A DNA stretch of 63,938 bases, the filler included, from Raillietiella orientalis (Eukaryota): NCBI GenBank assembly GCA_036172245.1. It is 13 parts of 13 records of this genome, joined end to end, with 100 filler letters (N's around TTAATTAATTAA, not from the genome) between each part and the next. Parts side by side here need not be neighbours in the genome. Positions count along the whole stretch, not along the records: positions 46,899 to 51,770 come from JAYWIR010000333.1; positions 51,871 to 56,716 come from JAYWIR010000334.1; positions 56,817 to 61,597 come from JAYWIR010000335.1; 10 more parts are not named here. One strand, 5' to 3'. The position numbers and the translations under genes were made by a program. Shown here in pieces: positions 48,510 through 58,596 of this stretch. Below the pieces are notes generated by a model, which saw only the letters and a list, made by a program, of their open reading frames with translations, was not told the DNA's origin and made no database searches. Numbering within the stretch: position 1 is the first letter of the stretch; the number at the start of each line of letters is the position of its first letter.

Positions 48510-51125
48510 CGCCGAAGCCCGGCGGAAGACGTTCCAGGGGAAACTGGTCGCAAAACTCGCGGACTGAGCACTTCATTTCGTCCCAGTCCGCGAGCGTCTG
48601 AAGATGGAATCCTCGCAGGAAGGCGCGTAGATGTTCCGCCGCTCCTGCGAGGCGCAACCAGTTTCCTGGCAGGCGCCACGTTTCCAGGGGAGGGCCTTTG
48701 TCGCGTGGATGTATCTCGAGCACGAGCCGTGGATGGTCGGACAGCTGTGCCGGGAGCGTTCCTCGATTTCCCACCCGCGTGCATAGGTGGTTGTCGAGGA
48801 ACATGTGGTCGATGTTTTGATCTCTCCCGGCATCACCGGCCAACAAGTTGAGCGCATTCCTGGCTGCGCACAACTCGTTGACCAGTCGTGCTCGACTGCT
48901 GGGAGCACCTGCCACAGGCGGAGATTGAAGTCGCCCGCGATGAGGTGCGCCCGCCGTACGCTTGCTTCAGCCAACCAGTCTCGCCGCAGGGATTCGAAGA
49001 ACGCAGTGCGTTCCTCGGCCCTGTAGCTGCTCACCAAGGCGTACAGGTTCGTCACCACGAAATCGATCGAGTCGGACCACTTGAACACAAGCTGTCCAAC
49101 TCGACCGTCCTCGTCGAACCTAACGCTGCGCAATGCGTTGTCGACGGCTGGCATTAGCGTAAAGGCCACTCCGCAGGAGCGGTCGTTTCCGTTCCTCCAC
49201 AGTAGCCGCCCTCCTGCGATGCTTTCGATTTATTGGACATCTCCTGCTCTGAGAACGTGCTTCTCTTGCAGGAGCACCAGGTCGAACTCTGGCAGTATGG
49301 CGGGTACGTCTCGCATCTCACCGTCGTCGCGCAACCCGTTGACGTTCCAACAGGTGATGCGCAAGCGGCGGCAGGAGACTAGCCCACGCATTGGTGTATT
49401 TATGGTGGGGTGGAGGCGGCCTCCTCCCTTTCAGGAGGCGGCTCGTTGGCGGCCGTGACGACGGTCGGCTGCTCACACGGGAGCACGTCGTCTCCAGCGA
49501 CTTCCATTGGGCTGGCTTCCGTGACACGGACGGGAGAAGGGTCGCGTGGCGCGACGCACATTGCCTCCGCCTCCGCACCCAAAGACATGGGCTCCTCTAC
49601 TTGGGAGGAGGCGACACGTCTCAGGCATCCGGCCTTCTTGCCACCCTTTCTCTTCGGCACGGCTGTGGAAGTAGAGCAACCGGCTTCAGCGTCCTACCCG
49701 GAAGATTCCGGGTCCTTCGCCGTCGCCGGTCGTCTCAAGGCCTTCTTTTCGGCCTGGCAGGCTGCCGCAACATGGCTGCCAGCTCTTCTGCGGCCTGCGC
49801 GAAGGTCGCGTCTGTGATACGCGCCGCCTCATCGCTTTCCGCACCGACGATCGGCGCAGGCGCGACGGGGACGGCTTTATAGACCGGCGCGCAGACGTCC
49901 TTCGCTGGCAATGCCGGAGCGGCATTCTCTTTAGCTGATGGTGATGTCACTGCGGGCACGATCGGCTCCGATACAACGGTATCAATCGCATTCACCGTTA
50001 CTTTCTTCACGGCTCTTGCGATCGACACGCGTTCGATTTTCACTGAACAAGCGCGGACTGCCGGCTTCTGCTTCTTCGGAGCCGCCTTGTTAATTCTTTT
50101 TACCTCCTTGATGGGGGCCTTCTTCTTCTTCACCACCTTCTGCCAACCTTCCTCGTTCCCTGCGCTTTCTCCAGCTGGTTGTTCGCTGGAGGATGGCTGA
50201 GCAGCGGGTTGGTCGGCAGGGTGGGTTTCTGCCAGTTGTTGGCTTCGGTCCTTTTCCTTCGGCGTCTCTTCCTTTCTCGCGCCTGACGAAACGGACCTTT
50301 TTCGGTTGGGGCACAGCCCAAGCACACGATGTTGGGGCATTTCTTTTTTAAATGCCCCGACACCTGGTAAAAGCCGCAGTAAACGGGTTTCCCCACATAC
50401 CACAGGTCGATCTCTTCGTCTCCGACCTGTAGTCTGTGGGGTAGCCCACCCTCGGCACGGACTGTCACGCGCGCAGCGGCGTACCCACTAAAAGCCCTGG
50501 TGTAACCCAGGACATTGGGTTTCGCACACAACGCGTGGACGGTGCCGTATTGCTCTAAAGATTCGCAAGCGGCGGTCTTTGCCATTCGCATGGTGATGCC
50601 GGTGAGGTGGACAACGATGGAGTTGTCCGCCGTGAACGGGAAGATTCTTCGACCGTTCACCGTCACCGGCAGGCGGAGCAGCTGCTGAGCCATCTCTGCA
50701 GACTTGCAGTTCAGCACAACCAGCTGCCCGCCACTTCGCACGGAAAACCCGAGGACTTTTTCCTCCGGGACTTTCAATTTCTTAAATTCGGCCGCAAACG
50801 ACCGCAATACCGCGGGGGAGTACAGGCCACCTACCTTGTACAGGAGGGCCGGGTTGTATCCGTCGGCCATGTACGCTTGCTGTTCCTCTGCGGGGGGCGG
50901 CGCAGGCGCCGCCACCACCGCGCTCTAAGCCCTCGCCGGGGCGAAGGACGAATCCGTGGGGGTGTTGGCCCCAACATCCATGGGCTGGGGGGACAAGGCT
51001 CGCTGGCGCCCCTCCGCCGTGTTGGCGGTGTCCTCGAGCATTGCTTCCCAGGAACAACCGCTCCAGAAAACACCGCAAACACTCGCAAAAAAAGGTTTTC
51101 GGCAGCACCGAAAAAACACGTCCTC
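48510..51125 (-). mobile_element. GC-rich LINE, intact 5' end, ORF1 and endonuclease, cut at LPPGFG
   Basis: 5' end GAGGACGTGTTTTTTCGG; ORF1 ~51041-49400 (frameshifted); ORF2 ATG at 49391 with WNVNG, LLQE, GDFN, IDH and SDH; endonuclease nearly identical to 25958-26662. Confidence 0.9.
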
Positions 51126-51770
51126 TCACTGCAGGTTCGGGGTGAGCTCTCGCTCCTTCGCGGCCTGCGCTGCGCGCCTCAGGGCCTTAGCCCGTCGCGC
51201 TACGGCTTCCGCGCGTGTGATCCGACGTGCGTCGGTGATCTCAGACTCCGTTTGGGAGTCCGATTGAAGCACAGGCGCTTCGCAACTCACCTGCTCTGTC
51301 GGTTTGGAGGTGCTTGCGAATGAGACCGCGGACACTTCCTTTTTCGCGATCACCTGAACATCGTCCATGGCGATCGCAACTTTCGCGCCATTCGCGACCG
51401 CGGCGGTAGCCTTTGCAGCGGCAGAGGGAACCTTCGCGCGAGTCTCCTGCATCGCGCTACTGTTTTTTACCTTGGAGAGGCGCTTGCAGTTAGGTTGCGG
51501 AGAATTTTTGGGAGATTTTATTGTTCTTTCTTTCACCGCAACCGTCCACCCACCGTCCGTTCGTTCGAAGCGCTCCTCGACTTTCGTGAGGGACGCCATC
51601 GAACGTTCCTGCCCAACCGCCTAGGGCGCAGCTTTCGCTGCACCCTTAAAAAGCGGCGGAAACGCGGCCTCCGCGGCAGCCGGGAGATTGCTCCTCTCCT
51701 TTTGAGTCGGCAAACTTGCTTCGCGGCTCAAAGTATTGTGCGCTCGACAAAGTAATCAGTTAATTGTGCT
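51126..51770 (-). pseudogene. Probable ORF1 C-terminal fragment of another LINE
   Basis: K/A/S-rich ORF 51126-51599 with GGWTVAVK and DSQTESE, resembling other ORF1 tails; no diagnostic motif. Confidence 0.5.
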
Positions 51771-51870
51771 NNNNNNNNNNNNNNNNNNNNNNNNNNNNNN
51801 NNNNNNNNNNNNNNTTAATTAATTAANNNNNNNNNNNNNNNNNNNNNNNNNNNNNNNNNNNNNNNNNNNN

Positions 51871-54800
51871 CCCAACGATCGAATCCACATCATAGAAAAT
51901 GATTTGAAATCACCAAACACTGCAAATTTGCACTGAAAAAAGGAAGATGGAGGGAAAAAATTTGATCTGTGCATTGCAAAAATGGTTGCCATGAAAACCA
52001 GACCAAGACCAATCCTCCCTTTTTGAAATCAGTTCGGCTCTCTTATGATTTCTTCTCGTGGAGCAAGGGATTCGGAGGAAGTCGGGATGTGAGAAAGGTG
52101 CATTTGCATCCAAAGGGGAAGAAATCCGTTCGGATGCACGGAAGGAGACCTACGATCGAATCCACATCATAGAAAATGATTTGAAATCCTCAAACACTGC
52201 AAATTTGCACTGAAAAAAGGAAGATGAAGGGAGAAAGAGTTGATCTGTGCATTGTAAAAATGGTTACCATGAAAACCAGACTAAGTCCAATCCTCCCCTT
52301 TTCAAATTAGTTCGGCTCTCTTGTGATTTCTTCTCGTGGAGCAAGGGACTCGGAGGAAGTCGGGATGTGAGAAAGGTGCATTTGCATCCAAAGGGGAAGA
52401 AATCCGTTCGGATGCACGGAAGGAGCGCATCGATGGAATCGCCATCATAGAAAATGATTTGAAATCCACCAACACTGCAAATTTGCACTGAAAAAAGGAA
52501 GATGGAGGGAAAAAAAGTTGATCTGTGCATTGCAAAAATGGTTGCCATGAAAACCAGACTAAGACCAATCCTCCCCTTTTGAAATTAGTTCGGCTCTCTT
52601 ATGATTTCTTCTCGTGGAGCAAGGGATTCGGAGGAAGTCGGGATGTGAGAAAGGTGCATTTGCATCCAAAGGGGAAGAAATCCGTTCGGATGCACGGAAG
52701 GAGCGCATCGATGGAATCGCCATCATAGAAAATGATTCAAAATCAACAAACACTGCGAATTTGCACTGCAAAAAGGAAGGTGGAGGGAGAAAAAGTTGAT
52801 CTCTGCATTGCAAAAATGGTTGCCATGAAAACCAGAGTAACACCAATCCTCAACTTTTCAAATTAGTTCGGTTCTCTTATGATTCCTTCTCGTGGAGCAA
52901 GGGATTCGTAGGAAGTCGGGATGTGAGAAAGGTGCATTTGCATCCAAAGGGGAAGGAAACCGTTCGTATGCTCGGAAGGAGCCCAACGATCGAATCCACA
53001 TCATAGAAAATGATTTGAAATCACCAAACCCCTCAAATTTGCACCGAAAAAAGGAAGATGGAGGGAAAAAAGTTGATCTGTGCATTGGAAAAATGGTTGC
53101 CATGAAAACCAGACTAAGTCCAGTCCTCCCCTTTTCAAATTAGTTCGGCTCTCTTATGATTTCTTCTCGTGGAGCAAGGGATTCGGAGGACGTCGGGATG
53201 TGAGAAAGGTGCATTTGCATCCAAAGGAGAAGGAAACCGTTCGTATGCCCCGAAGGAGCCCAACGATCGAATCCACATCATAGAAAATGATTTGAAATCA
53301 CCAAACCCATCAAATTAGCACCGAAAAAAGGAAGGTGGAGGGAAAAATACTTGATCCGTGCATTGCAAAAATGGTTGCCATGAAAACCAGACCAAGACCA
53401 ATCCTCCCCTTTTCAAATTAGTTCGGCTCTCTTATGATTTCTTTTTGTGGAGCAAGGGATTCGGAGGATGTCGGGATGTGAGAAAGGTGCTTTTGCATCC
53501 AAAGGGGTAGGAATCCGTTCGGATGCTCGGAAGGAGCGCATCGATGGAATGGACATCATAGAAAATGATTTGAAATCACCAAACACCTCAAATTTAAACT
53601 GAAAAAAGGAAGATGGAGGCAAAAATACTTGATCTATGCATTGCAAAAATGGTTGCCATGAAAACCAGACTAAGAACAATCCTCCCCTTTTGAAATTAGT
53701 TCGGTTCTCTTGTGATTTCTTCTGGTGGAGCAAGAGATTCGGAGGAAGTCGGGATGTGAGAAAGGTGCTTTTGCATCCAAAGAGGTAGGAATCCGATCGG
53801 ATGCTCGGTAGGAGGGCATCGATGGAATGGACATCATAGAAAATGATTTGAAATGACCAAACACTGCAAATTTGCACTGAAAAAAGGAAGATGGAGGCAA
53901 AAATACTTGATCTGTGCATTGCTAAAATGGTTGCCATGAAAACCAGACTAAGAACAATCCTCCCCTTTTGAAATTACTTCGGTTCTCTTGTGATTTCTTC
54001 TCGTGGAGCAAGGGATTCTGAGGAAGTCGGGATGTGAGAAAGGTGCTTTTGCATCCAAAGGGGTAGGAATCCGATCGGATGCTCGGAAGGAGCGCATCGA
54101 TGGAATGGACATCATAGAAAATGATTTGAAATCACCAAACACCTCAAATTTAAACTGAAAAAAGGAAGATGGAGGCAAAAATACTTGATCTATGCATTGC
54201 AAAAATGGTTGCCATGAAAACCAGACTAAGAACAATCCTCCCCTTTTGAAATTAGTTCGGTTCTCTTGTGATTTCTTCTCGTGGAGCAAGGGATTCGGAG
54301 GAAGTCGGGATGTGAGAAAGGTGCATTTGCATCCAAAGGGGAAGGAATCCGTTCGGATGCACGGAAGGAGCGCATCGATGGAATCCACATCATAGAAAAT
54401 GATTTGAAATCCTCAAACACTGCAAATTTGCACTGAAAAAAGGAAGATGAAGGGAGAAAGAGTTGATCTGTGCATTGTAAAAATGGTTACCATGAAAACC
54501 AGACTAAGTCCAATCCTCCCCTTTTCAAATTAGTTCGGCTCTCTTATGATTTCTTCTCGTGGAGCAAGGGATTCGGAGGAAGTCGGGATGTGAGAAAGGT
54601 GCATTTGCATCCAAAGGGGAAGAAATCCGTTCGGATGCACGGAAGGAGCGCATCGATGGAATCGCCATCATAGAAAATGATTTGAAATCCATCAACACTG
54701 CAAATTTGCACTGAAAAAAGGAAGATGGAGGGAGAAAGAGTTGATCTGTGCATTGCAAAAATGGTTGCCATGAAAACCAGACTAAGTCCAATCCTCCCCT

Positions 54801-56716
54801 TTTGTAATTAGTTCGGCTCTCTTATGATTTCTTCTCGTGGAGCAAGGGATTCGGAGGATGTCGGGATGTGAGAAAGGTGCATTTGCATCCAAAGGAGAAG
54901 GAAACCGTTCGTATGCACGGAAGGAGCGCAACGATCGAATCCACATCATAGAAAATGATTTGAAATCACCAAACCTATCAAATTTGCACCGAAAAAAGGA
55001 AGATGGAGGGAAAAAAACTTGATCCATTCATTGCAAAAATGGTTGCCATGAAAACCAGACTAAGTCCAATCCTCCCCTTTTCAAATTAGTTCGGCTCTCT
55101 TATGATTTCTTCTCGTGGAGCAAGGGATTCGGAGGATGTCGGGATGTGAGAAAGGTGCATTTGCATCCAAAGGAGAAGGAATCCGTTCGGATGCACGGAA
55201 GGAGACCTACGATCGAATCCACATCATAGAAAATGATTTGAAATCACCAAACCCCTCAAATTTGCACCGAAAAAAGGAAGATGGAGGGAAAAAAACTTGA
55301 TCTGTGCATTGCAAAAATGGTTGCCATGAAAACCAGACCAAGACCAATCCTCCCTTTTTGAAATCAGTTCGGTTCTCTTATGATTTCTTCTCGTGGAGCA
55401 AGGGATTCGGAGGAAGTCGGGATGTGAGAAAGGTGCATTTGCATCCAAAGGGGAAGAAATCCGTTCGGATGCACGGAAGGAGCGCATCGATAGAATCGAC
55501 ATCATAGAAAATGATTTGAAATCCTCAAACACTGCAAATTTGCGCTGAAAAAAGGAAGATGGAGGGAGAAAGAGTTGATCTGTGCATTGTAAAAATGGTT
55601 ACCATGAAAACCAGACTAAGTCCAATCCTCCCCTTTTCAAATTAGTTCGGCTCTCTTATGATTTCTTCTCGTGGAGCAAGGGATTCGGAGGATGTCGGGA
55701 TGTGAGAAAGGTGCATTTGCATCCAAAGGAGAAGGAAACCGTTCGTATGCTCGGAAGGAGCGCAACGATCGAATCCACATCATAGAAAATGATTTGAAAT
55801 CACCAAACCTATCAAATTTGCACCGAAAAAAGGAAGATGGAGGGAAAAAAACTTGATCCATTCATTGCAAAAATGGTTGCCATGAAAACCAGACTAAGTC
55901 CAATCCTCCCCTTTTCAAATTAGTTCGGCTCTCTTATGATTTCTTCTCGTGGAGCAAGGGATTCGGAGGAAGTCGGGATGTGAGAAAGGTGCATTTGCAT
56001 CCAAAGGGGAAGAAATCCGTTCGGATGCACGGAAGGAGACCTACGATGGAATCCACATCATAGAAAATGATTTGAAATCCTCAAACACTGCAAATTTGCA
56101 CTGAAAAAAGGAAGATGAAGGGAGAAAGAGTTGATCTGTGCATTGTAAAAATGGTTACCATGAAAACCAGACTAAGTCCAATCCTCCCCTTTTCAAATTA
56201 GTTCGGCTCTCTTGTGATTTCTTCTCGTGGAGCAAGGGACTCGGAGGAAGTCGGGATGTGAGAAAGGTGCATTTGCATCCAAAGGGGAAGAAATCCGTTC
56301 GGATGCACGGAAGGAGCGCATCGATGGAATCGCCATCATAGAAAATGATTTGAAATCCATCAACACTGCAAATTTGCACTGAAAAAAGGAAGATGGAGGG
56401 AGAAAGAGTTGATCTGTGCATTGCAAAAATGGTTGCCATGAAAACCAGACTAAGTCCAATCCTCCCCTTTTCAAATTAGTTCGGCTCTCTTATGATTTCT
56501 TCTCGTGGAGCAAGGGATTCGGAGGATGTCGGGATGTGAGAAAGGTGCATTTGGATCCAAAGGAGAAGGAAACCGTTCGTATGCACGGAAGGAGCGCAAC
56601 GATCGAATCCACATCATAGAAAATGATTTGAAATCACCAAACCTATCAAATTTGCACCGAAAAAAGGAAGATGGAGGGAAAAAAACTTGATCTGTGCATT
56701 GCAAAAATGGTTGCCA
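51871..56716. repeat. Second 278-bp satellite array (~17 monomers), distant relative of the other two
   Basis: 278-bp period (51969, 52247, 52525 and onward); shares TGGTTRCCATGAAAAC and weaker collinear blocks with 16217-21493. Confidence 0.97.
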
Positions 56717-56816
56717 NNNNNNNNNNNNNNNNNNNNNNNNNNNNNNNNNNNNNNNNNNNNTTAATTAATTAANNNNNNNNNNNNNNNNNNNNNNNNNNNN
56801 NNNNNNNNNNNNNNNN

Positions 56817-58512
56817 TGGGAACGTCACCTGTTTCGTTAAGCTCAGCCGCGAAATTTGATAAAACTCCGCGGGCAGGCCGCGGATTTGGGCAGGTGCCGA
56901 GTGCTCCTGGCCCTGATCGTCCAGTAAGCTGGCCGATCCGGACTGTTAGGCTTGCCTCTCGGCTCCCGCTTTGTATTCCGCCAGCCTGCGGATGTCGGGG
57001 GTCCTGGCGTAACGACGGGCCTGCAGATAGGCTCGTTCGTTACGGACCCCGGTCCCAAAACCCGTAGGTAGGCGGTGCAGAGGGCACTGGTCGCAGAACT
57101 CCTGGACCGACCGCTTGAAGCGGTCCCAATCCTGGAGTGTCCGCAGCCTGAAGCACCGTATGAACGTGCCGAGATGTTCCGCCGCGTCCGGGAGCTTCAG
57201 CCAGTCCCCTGGGAGACGCCACGCTGAAGAGGGGGGGCCCCTGTCGCGCGGATGGATCTCAAGGACTAGCGGGCGATGGTCGGACAGCTCGCACGGTAAC
57301 TTGCCGCGCCTGCCCTCGCGAGGGCACAGGTGCTCGTCAAGAAACACGTGGTCAATGCTGTCTTCCATCCCCGGTGCACTGGCCAACAAATTACAGGTGT
57401 GCACCGCCATGCACACCTCGTTGACCAGGTCATGCTCGGGATTCTGCCCATCTGGTTTCAGGCGAACGTTGAAATCGCCTGCAACCAGATGGGCATTCCG
57501 CACGCCTGCTTCGGTCAGCCAGTCTCGCCGGAGGGCAAGGAAAAACTCTTTCCTCGCCCTTCTGTTCATCAGGTCCTTGCCGCTCGGTGCGTACACGTTC
57601 ATGACGATCAGATCGATCGAGTCGGACCACGTGAGAGTCAGCTGGCCGACACGACCGTGATCGTCGAACCGCACGCCCCGAGCCGCGGCCTCGACGGCTG
57701 GCCGAAGCAGGTAGGCGACACCGCAACTTTTCGCTCTCGCACACCTGTACCATAGCCGCCATTTGGAGATCCGTTCGATCTCTTGCGCTTGTGCTGCAGA
57801 GATCACGTGGATCTCCTGCAGCAGCGCAAGGTCGTAGGACTCCAGAAGGGCGGATATGTCTCGTCTTTTGCCGGCGTCTGTCATGCCGTTCACGTTCCAA
57901 AAGGCGATGCGCTGACGACGGCGGGAGGAGATTCCCGGCATTACTGCTGGGAAGATTAAGGTGCGGGGGAGCCCTCCTCTTGCGAGGCGGGCGGGATGTC
58001 CATGGGGGTTTCGGCCTTCTCAGGCACCTGAGGCACCTGTTCGGCCTCCACCCCCTCCATCTCCTCCGTGTCCGCGCGTGGGAGTCTCTCGGGCGACGGG
58101 TCCCGAGAGTTTCCCACGCTCATGGCACCCTCGCTTGCGGAAGCCATCTCTTCCCCTTCGACGGGGAGACGAGCTTCCATGGCTTTGTGGACTTACGTCC
58201 AGCCTTCTGGCGCGGTGCCGTGGAAACGGAGGCTGCGCTTCCGACCTCCACCTCGGGGTCGGAAGTGGAGGACTCCTGAGGGGAGGCCGGACGCCTTACG
58301 GCCTTCTTGCCAGCCTTGGAGGGTTCTCGCTGCAACGAGGCTGCCAGCTGCTCCGCGGCTCGCGCAAAGGCTACGTTATCGATGGTGGTGTCGATGACGG
58401 ACGCCGCCGCCGGCTCGCTCCCCTCGCTGTTGACAGAGTCAACAGAGGGGTTGTCGTCGGTAGCAGCGAGTTCTTTTTCGCAGCGGTCGGGAATACGTTC
58501 GACGACGACGCT
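56817..58512 (-). mobile_element. GC-rich LINE fragment: ORF1 C-terminus + ORF2 endonuclease
   Basis: Starts at SVVVER; TAATG at 57943-57939; ORF 56946-57941 has a complete EN motif set; internal deletions near 56836 and 56880. Confidence 0.9.
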
Positions 58513-58596
58513 CGCACGGACGTGTACTGTGTTGCTCCTCGAGCGTGATTCCTGTCCGTCTTTTTGTGTGTGGTGGGCCCGAGTGCGTCCACTGGG

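Noticed and set aside
47626..48915. Apparent novel fusion proteins across junctions (also 2388-3215, 24942-26063, 58120-58944)
   Set aside because: These are read-through from a host ORF into the antisense strand of the inserted element.
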